Origin: Gracilinanus agilis
Taxonomy: Eukaryota
Assembly: GCF_016433145.1 (NCBI RefSeq)
Contig: NC_058134.1
Coordinates: 284,072,818-284,136,817, forward strand
Direction of reading: 5' to 3'
Length of the DNA stretch: 64,000 bases
Position numbers and translations under genes: made by a program. Shown here piece after piece: positions 12,201-23,617 of the stretch. How positions within the stretch are numbered: position 1 is the first letter of the stretch; each line of letters starts with the position of its first letter. The notes beneath the pieces were generated by a model. The model was not told the DNA's origin. It worked only from the letters and a program-made list of their open reading frames with translations, and made no database searches.

Positions 12201-13390
12201 TACTCTTTGTGTCCCCATTTGGGGTTTTCTTGGCAGAGATACTGGAATGGTTTGCCATTTTCTTCTCCAGTTCATTTTACAGATGAGGCCCCAAGGCAAA
12301 CAGATTAAATGACTTGCCCAGGATTACATATGTAGGAAGTATCTGAGACTGGCTTTGGACTCATGAAGATGAGTCTTCTTGATTCCAGGTCCAGCGTTTT
12401 CTCATATATATTTATATATTTGTATATGTACATACATATACATACACACTCACAAAATCAATGAACTAAAATACACAGTCCAGTAGAATTAGTATAATAA
12501 AATCAGTCCAATAGGTTAAAAATTATGAACAGTTCTCAAAGAATTAAAAACTATTAATAACCATATGAAAGAACATTCTAAATCACTACTAATAAGAGAA
12601 ATACACAAAACTGCCTTGAAGTTTCATTTCACATTCTGCAAAATGGAAGAGAGAAGAAAAGAGAATGTTTTTGAGGTTGTGGGAAGATGGAAAAATTGGT
12701 GCATTGTTGCTATAGCTGTGTATCAGTATAGCCATTTTGGAAAGCCACTTGGAATTATGCGAATAAATTGACTACCATGTCCATACTCTTTGACCCAGAG
12801 ATGACATTATCAGGTTTTTACTCCAAGGAGAATATTGGATAAGATAAGAAGAAATTCCCTGCATATATCAACATATTTAGGGATTATTAAAAAATGGAGA
12901 CAAAATATATAAACATCAATTGGGAATGATTAAATAAATTATGGTACATCAATGTGATAGAACATTTCTGTGCTGTTAGAAATGATGATTATAATGAATA
13001 CAGAAAAGTATGGACAGATCTACATGGACTGAAATAGAATTAAGTAAGCAGAGCCAAGAAAAGAATATACACAATGACTACAACAATATATGTGGAGAGA
13101 ACATCTATACATACACAAAAAAATCAAAAGTGAATGTTGCAAAATTATAAAGAACAAGCATAACTTGAAAGAAGTTATATGAGGAGACACCCCTTTGCAA
13201 AGGGGGATAAGAGTTACACACTGCAATTAATTTTGGACTCTTTTGGCATATGGATAAGTTTATGCTGATTTTTTCTTTTTGTCTTTAAATATAGTATTTG
13301 TTACATGGGATGGCTCTTTGGGAAGTGGTAGGAATAGGAATAATGGAGACTATTATGATGTGAAAAAACAAAATATACTGATTAAAAAAC
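9300..13390 (+). mobile_element. Degraded L1 (~4 kb, ORF2 and 3' end) in the OR pseudogene intron, antisense to the OR
   Basis: A-rich; ORF2 remnants TTTTGGGATGTAGCTAAAGCAATCCTCAAGG (WDAAKA-like), AAAATCAATTGCATTTCTATAT (KSxAFLY), CTGGGAAAACTGG (WENW); L1 3' region at 12550-13390. Confidence 0.85.
12175..12400 (-). mobile_element. MAR1 SINE inserted in L1
   Basis: CCCCATTTGGGGTTTTCTTGGCAGAGATACTGGAATGGTTTGCCATTTTCTTCTCC is the MAR1 3' signature in reverse. Confidence 0.8.
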
Positions 13391-13895
13391 TTAAAACAAA
13401 GCAAGTTCCTGGACCCCAGGTTAATAACTTTCCTTTAACCCCTAATAGACAGAACTAGAAGCAATGTGTAGAATTTATAGAAAAATTGATTTAGGCTAAA
13501 TTAAGAACAACTATCCTACTGGTCACCAGAATGGAAAAGAAGCCTTTCAAAGGAGATGCTACATCCCCTTTCAGGGAAGACTATTTTGTGAAAATTTGCT
13601 AGATGACCACTTTTTGGGCATGATTCTTGTTCATGTTGAGATTGTTGTACTAAGTTGCTTTGAAATTCCTTGCATAATTTTTTGATAAAAATCCTTTGAT
13701 TCTATCATTTTATAAGTGACACTTCTATTTGATTTTTTCCTGCCTATTTTCTTTTTTATGGCTCCAAGGTTTACTGATTTCCTTCAACACCTCCTTTCTT
13801 GTAGTTGGTTCCATCTCCATATCTGTGTCTCCTTTTCTTTGCCTCATCTTTATGGAGAGGGGAAGGATGTAAATATAAACACACACATATTTGTA

Positions 13896-14205
13896 TACAT
13901 AGGATATTCACAAAATTTTAGTGAAGCTTTATATTTTTAAAGCTTAAAACAATGCTAAGATTATTGGGACATTATTTATTTATTTGTTTTTAATAAAACC
14001 CTTACCTTTCATCTTGGAGTCAATACTATGTATTGACTCCAAGGCAGAAGAGTGGTAAGGGTAGGCAATGGGGGGTCAAGTGACTTGCCCAGGGTCACAC
14101 AGCTAGGAAATGTTTGAGGCTAGATTTGAACCTAGAACCTCCCATCTCTAGGCCTAGCTCTTAATCCACTGAGCCACCCAGCTGCCCCCTAGGGGACACT
14201 CTCTT
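13896..14205. mobile_element. Short palindromic Tc1/mariner-type MITE with a SINE1 inserted in its right TIR
   Basis: TATTCACAAAATTTTAGTGAAGC...AAAACAATGCTAAGATTATTGGGACA[SINE]GGGACAC; orthologous copy at 23076-23258. Confidence 0.55.
13996..14188 (-). mobile_element. SINE1_Mdo-type tRNA-derived SINE
   Basis: AAACCCTTACC...GGAGTCAATACTATGTATTGACTCCAAGGCAGAAGAGTGGTAAGGG...CCCAGCTGCCCC; short GGGACA duplication at flanks. Confidence 0.9.
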
Positions 14206-14574
14206 TATATGGAAATGGGCACATCTAATTTCCTGTGTTCTATGTATCATAGCCTCTTATTTCTTCACAAAGCAGAACATGAGGAAAGTATTGGGGAATA
14301 CCCAGCAATCTTTCCTCTCTATCCAATTCTCTTTCCAAGACAGTTCTAAGAGAGGCCTGAATGGTAGTATTTTCCTATATATTTGCAAGGATTTTGAGAA
14401 CTGTGCATTAGCATAGCTAGAGTCAAATCACTAATAAACAATAATCATCAGTAACTGCTCCTCAGTTTGCCAGATGATTTCAGGATCTTAGGGTGTTTCA
14501 GAGGATTACAGAGTTTTAGAATTGAAGGAATCTTGAGGACCATCTAAGTACAACCAGTATCTGGCCAAGACTTT

Positions 14575-15096
14575 TGTCAAGTCTAGCAAATGCCAGCTCG
14601 ACAGAATCAACGAGGGTTCCCAAAAGGTGGCAAGGAAAATGACAATTAGGGGTCAGGAGGGCTGGAGGCACTGATAGCAACCAGAAGCCCTTTATTGAAA
14701 GTTACATTTACTTTTATGGGGGGTGGGGGAAGCAAGCTGAGAGCTTAGGAAAGCTTTCACATATACAATGAAAGGTAAAGATCAATTAATGATTTATAAG
14801 GTGGTACAATGGATTTGGTTTACTCTATCAAATCTGGACAGAGTATTCTATAGACTAATAAATCAATATGTCAAGATTTAACCACCTAACCCAGATTCCC
14901 AGAGAATGCATACATCAGTAGTTTTGTAAGAACATTTAGTTACAGCTGGAGGGGGTAGAAAGGGAGGGGGTTTGAGGCTTCAGGGGAGGAGTGAGCTACA
15001 TGCCTAACTTTAGCTGATCTATGGATTTGGTTTTACTGAGGGTCTATGTCTTCCAGAGCTTTGGTTCATGGAGGTCCTTGGGCTTTGCCCACTACA
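14575..15096 (-). mobile_element. Solo ERV LTR (522 bp)
   Basis: TG...CA termini with perfect 6-bp TSD GACTTT; AATAAA on the minus strand near 14692. Confidence 0.85.
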
Positions 15097-15259
15097 GACT
15101 TTTCTGTACAAAATTATTTGAAAATATTTTGAAAGGAGAAACCCACTAACCTCCTCATGTCTCCTAGTCTACTTTTAGTAACTCTACTCATCAGCAAGTA
15201 TTTGTTTATATTGAACTGAAACTTGATTGTGTGAGTCCCATATTAGCATCAAGTTCTGT

Positions 15260-15970
15260 CAAAACCCCAGTGGATTTTCTGATCCACATACTCAGAGAAC
15301 AAAGGATCCTAGTAAATAGGTGATATAATCACATACCTGAAAATTCAGGTAGATTAATGGAGATTTCAATCCTAAGAGTTCTGAGAGGTGAATCAAAGCT
15401 GAGAACTCATATATGGGTTATAAAATAGTATTACACATGACATACTTTATCTGAGCCCCTGACTAAATCCTGCTAGTCTTCTTCCCATAAAAATACACAC
15501 AATAGTGTACAAATGTTGTAGTAAAGCAACTGAGATCAGCTAACCTTTACCCCTGGTAGCCTTGTGGACATTTTTTACATATTTGTTTCTTTATTAATGT
15601 AACTTCAAACTGAGTGAAAGGCTGTAAGAGAGTAGCCCTTATCTTATGTAAGTGGGTACATAGATTTAACCAGAAGGGAAGAAATGGAACAGAGGTCAGA
15701 GTGAGTTCCAAAAGGAATGATGCTGGTGACCTCTACAGCCTTCATGGGGTCTCCTTGGTCATTTTTACACTAATCAAAATCACTCAGGTTTTATCTACTT
15801 TGTTCAGCATAGTACTGGGAGTTCATCAGAATGAATCATTTAAAAGTGCCCTGGGGATGCACATTCTGAAGATGCTAATGAACTTCCTTAATTGGCAACT
15901 TTGGAAATGAACCTTGAAGAGGAAAAGGGTCCAGGGAGACAGGGGAACAATGTACCTGGAGACCATCAAT
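15260..15970 (-). promoter_or_regulatory. Putative promoter and 5' non-coding exon of the OR pseudogene (unit 1)
   Basis: Non-repeat block shared with 25210-25900 and 32640-33300. O/E-like GCCCTGGGGAT 15848-15858, homeodomain TAATGA 15876-15881 and TAATTG 15889-15894, minus-strand donor GGG|GTAAAG at 15551/15550. Confidence 0.65.
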
Positions 15971-16389
15971 TGAGATGGTAGAGATTTCCACTGGCTTTGG
16001 GCCACAAACTATATCTGATATCCAAATCAAGAATAAATTGTTTTGGGATGAAGACTATCTTTGGGGATCTTTCCCACTGTTCCAAGTGATGGGAAATGCT
16101 GAAGTTGTTTTAGAATCATAGACTTTAGAGTTGATAGGAACATTAGAACTCATCTAGTCCAACACTCTCATTTTATAGATGAATAATCTGAGGCCCAGAT
16201 ATTAAGTGAACTAGCCAAGATTATGCAGGGAATACCTAAGAGACTGGAATTTGAACTCAGTTTCTCATTTTCTATATCAGCACTCATGTTATATCTGGTT
16301 TGGAGTAGTCCCTTCTATATTCCTTACAGTGAATCAATCATCCTTTTTATGCTTTCTCTTTGAGGGAAACTAGGATCTAATCTTCCATT

Positions 16390-16930
16390 TTTATTTCATT
16401 CAATCACTTCCTACCCATAATATTTTGTCCCTCATAGATCCAAGTAGTCACATGCCATCACCCCCTTATCCATACATACAGCATTGACATTCTTGATGTT
16501 GCTCCCAATTCCCTAAGCTCCTTGTTCTCTCAGTGCTCATGCAGTGCCACACCTCAAATTTTAAGCAGTCTCACTATCCTCTTCCCATGCTCCTACTCAT
16601 ATTCTACTAAAGAAAGCCAAAGTCATACTGCTAAGTCAACTAGGTTGACTACATATTTATATTATTATTCCAACTGGGCCTTCACTGGAGCAAGACAATT
16701 CTTTAACTTCTCCTAATTCATTAACCCATTCATCATAGAAGCTAAATCTCTTCTTTTTTCCACCTTATGCCTCCCACCATCATCTTTTATACTTTTAGCA
16801 GAGAGCATTGCCTCATACTTCAATGAGGAAATATAAGCCATTTTCTGCAAACTCTCTCTTCTTTCCTTCTCTATATTTTATAACTTCTTGATGTCTCTCC
16901 TAATCTTTTATCTCTTACAATATTTTTTAA
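16390..16930 (+). mobile_element. L2 ORF2 remnant (continues ~17700-17900)
   Basis: Translates to SNWAFTGARQ, matching the L2 ORF2 NWALxAARQ motif. Confidence 0.65.
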
Positions 16931-17283
16931 TGAAGATAGGGCTAAGGACATTGTGGGTGAATAGGTACCAAGAAGAAACACACATGCTTAAAGAAATATA
17001 AATTATTCAGTTGTTCACAGGGATGTAAATGTGTAGTTTTTCAGTCCTACAGGGGCATGATGGAGGCTATGGTGTACAGTGGAATGTGTACTTAGATCAA
17101 GAACTCAGATTTCTGTGTCTCTGTCCTTATTTCTGTTTTTTTATTGCTGGGAAATTTCACAGGGACTTAGTGGAAAAGGGATTTTAGTGACAGTCAACTA
17201 TTAGATTGTATGGACAATATTCCCCCATCAACCACAAAGCTATTGTGATTAGATTAATTTGGTAACCTTGTAAACCTTTATAT

Positions 17284-17490
17284 TAGTGATGGGCAAACTT
17301 TTTAAAGAGGGGGCCAAAGAAAAGGAAATGCTCCTGTCAGTCTGTTTCTAAGGCAACTCTTTTGAAGTTTCATTGAATTGTATCCTATTCATTGTATTCC
17401 TCAGATTAGGAATAATGTCATGCAGCCAGATAGAACATTTCAGTGGGCCATATCTGGCCCTCCAGCTGGGCAGTAGTTTGCCCATAACTG
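17284..17490 (-). mobile_element. Non-autonomous hAT element, family B copy 1
   Basis: TIRs TAGTGATGGGCAAACT / AGTTTGCCCATAACTG; degenerate TSD CTTTATAT/GTTTAGAT; reverse complement of 60055-60259. Confidence 0.85.
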
Positions 17491-17711
17491 GTTTAGATGG
17501 CAATTGCTAACCTGGAATTCCTTACTTAGATGTAGCTGATCAAGCCAATTATTGGGCAGTTTTATCAGTACTGAAATATGGAGTGATTTCTTTCAGCCAG
17601 GACCTTGTAAGAGGCCAGTTCTCTCAATGAGACCCCTTTTCTCATCAAGGCTAACCCTTCTTCAAATATTTATTCTATTCCTTCCTGCCTCTTTCCAGTA
17701 TATTTCTGCAA

Positions 17712-17714
<3 letters not shown>

Positions 17715-17754
<40 letters not shown>
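17715..17754. repeat. (TC)20 microsatellite
   Basis: Directly visible. Confidence 0.95.
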
Positions 17755-17756
<2 letters not shown>

Positions 17757-18769
17757 GAACTTTAGTCTTTTCCTATCTACTGCTCCTTTCTTACAAACAT
17801 GTCTATATTTCCCTCATCCTTAAAAAAAACCCATTAGATCCAATCATCTCTTCAAGCTATCATACTCTTTCATAGAGAAACTTCCAGCAAAAGCCATCTG
17901 TAAGCAGACATGTAATAAGGCAAGGACCTTTGAGAGACAGATTATTAGCTACTGAGGCATTCAAAAAAGCCCGTTAAACTTCTACCATCTGGCTTTCTTA
18001 TACACTTTTGGGAGATCTTAGGTGACTATGGTATCTGATGTAGGGAATGGAATCGCCAGTCTTGGAAAAGTGAGACAGAAATATGAGTTGAAATTCAGGT
18101 TAGGCTTAAAAGCCATTCGGAATACATGCCATGGTTAGCAAAGTTCAGTCTTTGTGAGTGACTTTTGGGATCCTAGAGCAGTAGAGGGATTCATCTGGCA
18201 GCCATATCTCCTTTAGACATGAACTTGCTAATTAAAATTCTATGTCAAAGCTGAGCTAAGTTTTAAGCTTAATCTCTTTTGAGGTAACAGAGAGAGAATT
18301 ATGCTCTAAAGCATTGAGGAAAATGTTTGTCCATTTGTTCTTGCTATCTCAATTTGTGTTAAGTGGCTAAATGGATGTGGGGTGCTCACTTTTGGCACCA
18401 TAATCAGCAAAGACTTAAGCCCTGTGCTAGGAAAGTTCACTTTACTGGGTGGCTTCCATCGTCCTCTCATGTTGTAAACAAAAGGACACCAGACAACACA
18501 AAGCCGGGGACAAACACCGGCATTTACCAGAATACAAAATCAGGCAAATGTTTGTTTTTTAGGAGAACAAAAAAAATCACAGTGAAGTGGGAATAAGGCA
18601 AGGGTTGTTAGATAGGATATGCCTTTTCCTTAAGGCTTGTCATGCTGCTACTATGAGATGACCAAATTCTCTCTTTTTCAGGGTACCAAATTCTCCCCTT
18701 GGGTTGTATATTAGTCCATCTGAGGGCTGAGAATCAGAGTATCCTCTTTTCATAACTTAGGAGAATTAT

Positions 18770-21000
18770 GAATTGCAGGGTTTTTGTTTTCAGTCATCTC
18801 CTTACCAGAGGCTGTTACATTTTCATTATCAAGTTTCCCTTATCCACTGGTTTCTTTCCTGACATCTACAAACTATTACTCAATTTCCTTCATCCTTAAC
18901 CTCCCCCCACCAAAACCCAACAACACCAAAAACCAGAACCTTTTCTTGACCCTGCAATCCCCTTGAGCTATATCTTTTCCCTTTCATTAACCAAATTCCT
19001 TAAAGGGTTAAATATACATGCTAATTCTGCTTTATCTCCTTCTCTTTGCAATTTTGACTCTATTCCTTAACTCAACCATTGCCTTGCTTTTCCTGGACAG
19101 TCTCTCCTCACTGGTTTTTAAGACCTTGATCCACTTCTTGCCTGTTTGACCATCCCTTCTTAGGGTTTTTTCTGCATCATCTACTCTTACCCCTTAAGTA
19201 TTTATGCCCCTAAGGTTTCGTCCAGAGGTCTATTCTGTCTCTATTCATTTCACTGATGATTTTATCAACTTTGCTTTTCACCAAACGTCTAGCCCTATTC
19301 TGTATCTGAATTACTGATTACTCATTTTTTACTCATATTACATGAGACATATTCACTTGAATGTCTCATAGGCTTCTCAAACACAGCAGGTCCACGTAGG
19401 TCAGTGATTCCCAAAGTGACCGCTACCACCCCCTGGTGGGTGCTGCAGCAATCCAGGAAGGTGGTGATGGCCATAGGTGCATTTATCTTTCCTATTAATT
19501 GCTATTAAAATTGAAAAAAATTAATTTCCAGGGGGCTAAGTAATATTTTTTTCTGGAAAGGGGGTGGTAGGCCAAAAAAGTTTGGGAACCACTGATATAG
19601 GTCTACAATATATTATTCTATTATATTTGCCTCTTCTCTAAACTCCCTACCCCCGGCTGTCCATTTTTATTTAAGCCCTCTATTATTCTTTTAGTTTATA
19701 ACTTTGGAGTCACACTTTATTGAATAATCTTTATCTCACCCATACCATTTCTCAAGTCTTTTATTTGAGAATAAAATTTTACTAATATCTTCTGTTTTTT
19801 TTTACAGCATAATATTCATCCTCTGTGACCTCTCCCCTCTGAGTCCCACATAACATATTGTAAGAAGAAAAAAATCAGCAGAAATGATACATATATTTAA
19901 TAAATCTGAAAACACATGTGATATGCACCTGTGGATCTCCAATATCCACAAAAGGGCAGGCTGCTGGCATTCTCATATTTCTTCATTTGATTCATGCTTG
20001 AACTTTGTAAGTTTGTTACATTCACTTTTTTTGTGTGTGTACTTGTTTTCCCCAGTCTTCTTCATTCTACCTGTATTGTTCTATCTCATATCTGTTCTAT
20101 TCTATCCACTCATACATTTTCTGCCCTAGTTCAGGTATTCATCCATTCTAGTGTAGACTGTTGCTGCCAATTTCTTTCTTCACAAATACATCTTCTTGTA
20201 GATACTGAATTATTGTTAATAAAATACAGATCCATATAGACATAGGAACTTCTCTTCTTGAATGTCTCCATTGGCTCTAGGAGAAAATAAAAAATCCTCA
20301 CCATAGCAATTGAACATTGTTAGTCTGCCTCTAATCTACCTTTCCAGTTTAATGTATGTCGTATTACTCGTTTTACTATGCTATGTTTTCTAGATACATT
20401 GACCTGATCACTGGTATAACATTCCATCTTCTCCTTTTGTATTTTTGCACATGAAGTTCTATATGTCTGGTATATAGTCCTCTCTCACTTCTACCTCTAT
20501 CTTTTTTTAAGCATACTCATCCCATTTTTAATACTTTATTTCTTGAAATTACTTCAAATACCCAAATTTTTTTATGAATGAAATTTTTATTACATATTGA
20601 ATCTAGAAGCAGATACATAAGTTCTCACACAATTATTTCCCCAAATGTGCAAAAATGTCTATACTTTTGTTTACAAACCAAAACATATGAAAATCAATGG
20701 TCTGTTCAATAGAAATGGTACACACCTAGTTTGTAACATAGAGCAATCTGGATTGTAAGGATTAATTTTATGGCACTCCATAACTACTATAATAAAATTT
20801 CTTTAACCCAACATAATACCTAGAATCTTAGTTTATTTATTTAAACAGATATTTCTCCATTACAATGTAAACTCCTTGAGAGTACTTTTGTCTTTTCATC
20901 CCCGGTACCTAGAACAATGCTTTGCATAGAGAAAGCACTTAAAATTTTTGTAGAGTGAATTTAAGTCAGGGAGAATATTTTGGCATATCTATTGCTTTAA
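18770..21000 (+). mobile_element. L2 LINE 3' portion downstream of OR gene, with nested insertions
   Basis: L2 motifs and 3' end CCCGGTACCTAGAACAATGCTTTGCATAGAGAAAGCACTTAAAATTTTTGTAGAGTGAAT. Confidence 0.65.
19402..19594 (-). mobile_element. Non-autonomous hAT element, family D copy 1
   Basis: TIRs CAGTGATTCCCAAA / TTTGGGAACCACTG; TSD ACGTAGGT/ATATAGGT (differs only at a CpG); reverse complement of 37169-37360. Confidence 0.88.
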
Positions 21001-21052
21001 TCACCTTTTTTTTTCTTCTAGTTTTTCATGTAGGCTTGAATTGTGTATCTCA

Positions 21053-21982
21053 TCAGTGTTTCATGATCTTTTGGACCAAATTCTTGAAGGCTTGTATCAC
21101 TTGTTTGTTCCTCAGGGTGTAAATGAAAGGGTTCAGCAGAGGGGTGATGGAAGTTGGGAATATACTCACTTCCTTTTGGAATGTGAAATCTTCCTTTGCT
21201 GAGGGTTTAATATATATGAAGAGACAGCTGCCATAGGAGAGAGAAATGACAATCATGTGGGAAGAACAGGTAGAAAAAGCTTTCTTTCTTTGCTGGACAG
21301 AAGGAAATCTCATTATCGTCTGGATAATATTTGAGTAGGAGAAAATTACTAACCCTAAGGTGGTCATCAATGTCACTATGGCTAAGAGAGAATCAACCAG
21401 CTCTGCCAGGCCTGTGTCTGAGCAGGAGAGCTTCAGAAGAGGAGTAGTGTCACAATAATAATGATTTATTATATTGGATGAGCAAAAGTCCAGAAGACTA
21501 GCCATTAGGACTGCTGGAGAAGCAATCAGGAACCCAGCCAGCCAAGAGCATAGGACTAGCAGGGTGCAGACCCTGCTACTCATGATGGTTGTGTAATGCA
21601 GGGGTTTTTTGATGGCGACATAGCGGTCATAGGACATGGTAGCTAGAAGGTAAAACTCTGTGGCCCCCAGAAATATGGCAAAAAAGTATTGAAGGAAGCA
21701 GCCAACAAAGCTGATGGTTTTGTTTCCTGTTGAGATGCTCAGCAGGATTCTGGGAGTAAAAATAGATATGTAGAAAATTTCTAAGATGGAAAAATTCCGA
21801 AGAAAGAAATACATGGGAGTTTGGAGGTGGGAGTCCAGTACAGTGAGAGTGATAATGGTCAAGTTGCTGATGATGCTGAATATATAGATGAGAAAGAGGA
21901 AGAGAAAAAGTACAATCTGTAACTCAGTGACATCTGTCAGTCCAAGAAGAATGAAATCAGTCAATGTGGTGAGATTTTTCAT
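21053..21982 (-). CDS. Olfactory receptor family 6, OR6C subfamily (OR6C4/OR2AP1-like), 309 aa, single coding exon
   Basis: Intact ATG-TGA ORF with N-glycosylation site [44 protein letters not shown]; pyrimidine tract and AG acceptors at -12, -18, -25 from ATG. Confidence 0.96.
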   Translation of the reverse strand: MKNLTTLTDFILLGLTDVTELQIVLFLFLFLIYIFSIISNLTIITLTVLDSHLQTPMYFFLRNFSILEIFYISIFTPRILLSISTGNKTISFVGCFLQYFFAIFLGATEFYLLATMSYDRYVAIKKPLHYTTIMSSRVCTLLVLCSWLAGFLIASPAVLMASLLDFCSSNIINHYYCDTTPLLKLSCSDTGLAELVDSLLAIVTLMTTLGLVIFSYSNIIQTIMRFPSVQQRKKAFSTCSSHMIVISLSYGSCLFIYIKPSAKEDFTFQKEVSIFPTSITPLLNPFIYTLRNKQVIQAFKNLVQKIMKH

Positions 21983-22339
21983 TGTGACTTTGGCTGGATC
22001 TAAAGGCTAAAAGGAGACAAATTGAGGGTTATTAAATATTAAATAGGGAATATTAAATAGGGAATCCAGTCAAATCACTTTATTTATTTTTTGCTATTTA
22101 TCACAAACTTTGACTTGTTTTTCCCAAGTTCCTTTTTCCTGCATAGTATAGGTTGTCTTGAGGGTTCTTTTTTATTTAAGGATGTCCCCATGCTACCCTT
22201 TCCCCAAGGACCATTCCAGGAATCTTTCTAAGAAGGATATTGTTAAATTAAATAGCAGACAGCTAAAGGAAGATAATGTAGATTGCAAGAATGAAGGGAT
22301 AATGCTACAATAGGATCAGTTGAATTATTTGACTAGAGT

Positions 22340-22545
22340 CAGAATTCTTAACATTTTTTGTGCCATCAATCTTTGAGGCAGTCTGGCAAAGTCTATTAAT
22401 CCCTGATCAGAATGATGTTTATCAGTGCATAAAACAAACTATATAATATTATAGAGGAAACCAATTATGTTGAAATATAGTTACTGGAATAGTTAAAAAA
22501 CAACAACAAATTAACAACCTCCAAAATGAAAAATTTTCTGACTAC
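22340..22545 (+). mobile_element. Old Charlie-type hAT MITE, inserted in the intronic L3-containing region
   Basis: CAGAATTCTTAACATTTTTTGTGCCAT...GGAAACCAATTATGTTGAAATATAGTTA resembles ancient mammalian hAT MITEs; TSD not resolved. Confidence 0.5.
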
Positions 22546-23075
22546 CAGGTTAGGAACCCTCTTTCACCCCTCTAGTGGACAGGAGTAGAAATACTGGCTA
22601 ATAGTTATATTAATAATACTGGCTGTTTTAGGTCAAATGTTAGAACAAACTTCCTAGCCAGAAAGAGAATGAAGTGTCACAGGAGCTCATGCTTTTCCTT
22701 TCATGGAAGATCTTCTTGTGAAGGCTGAATGACCAATTTTTGGGCATGTTGTAAGGGTTTTTTTTTTTAAAGGTAGAGCTTACTCCTGGTAGCCTTTGAG
22801 ATGCTTTGGAATTTTGTGAGATTCCTTATTTTGCCATTTTATATGTTACACCTCCATATGATTTATGTTTTTTCATTTCCTAATTCTATTCTATTCTTTT
22901 CTATTCTATTCTATTCCAAGGTTTGCAGATCTCTAGATTTCTTTTGATGCTTCCATTTATGGAGTTATGTCTTTCTCTATAGTTGTATCTCTTTTTCTTT
23001 TCCTTCCCCATTATTAAAGGCATGTGCGTGTGGATACAGATATACATACATACATACATATATATATACTTACGT

Positions 23076-23258
23076 ATATAATATGTTCCAAAAATTTTAG
23101 AGCAATTTAAAATGTTAATAGCTTAAATAAAGCTATTAATATTTAAACAATAAATAAAGCTTAAAATAAATAATAAATAAAGCTTAAATAAAGCTATTAA
23201 TAGCTTAAAGTTTTTAAACTTTAAAACTGCATTATAACTTTTGGGACATGTTTATGTA
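23076..23258. mobile_element. Tc1/mariner-type palindromic MITE with internal AT-rich expansion
   Basis: Degenerate terminal IR ATGTTCCAAAAATTTTAGAGCAATTT / AAAACTGCATTATAACTTTTGGGACAT. Confidence 0.55.
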
Positions 23259-23617
23259 CATATATAAATTCCACATATGTTTGCATGTAATTTTCCATGC
23301 CTACTTGTCATAGTTTGTCATTTCTTTATAGCCCACTTCTAGATATCAGAGGATATTCCTCCAAGATGGGTCATCAGGAAGGTATTGAGAGGCAGTGCAT
23401 AGTGATTCTAGTTCTCCTCCTGAGAGTACTCTTAGAAAGAATTCCTATGTACTATTTTCCTGAGTCTCTGAAGGAATTTTAGGAGCTGTGCTTTAGCACT
23501 ACAGGTCTTTCCTACTGACAATAATAATCAGTAGATGTTCCTCAGTTTGATAACTGATTTTGGAACTTCAGATTTTTGTTGCTTTCCTTTCCATGACTCA
23601 TACAGTATCTGGTCTAA

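Larger units (their letters stand above)
9150..13660 (+). mobile_element. L3/CR1 3' fragment (~9150-9245 and ~13445-13660) split by the L1 insertion
   Basis: TTTGAGTATTTGAAAAGATCTCATGTGGAGGAGGGATTAGA continues as ACAGAACTAGAAGCAATG...; homologous L3 in the other two units. Confidence 0.55.

Noticed and set aside
15614-15910. Paralogous + strand ORFs (15614-15910 and 25629-25844) sharing SFKxALGMHILKML, suggesting a conserved micropeptide
   Set aside because: Non-ATG starts, different frames and extents upstream, no equivalent in unit 3; the shared peptide overlaps the conserved O/E and homeodomain motifs, which explain the identity
16921-16935. H/P-element enhancer core AACTTTTTAATGA
   Set aside because: Only TTTTTAATGA matches, at the edge of an L2 fragment; a similar partial match at 243-253 is also unconvincing
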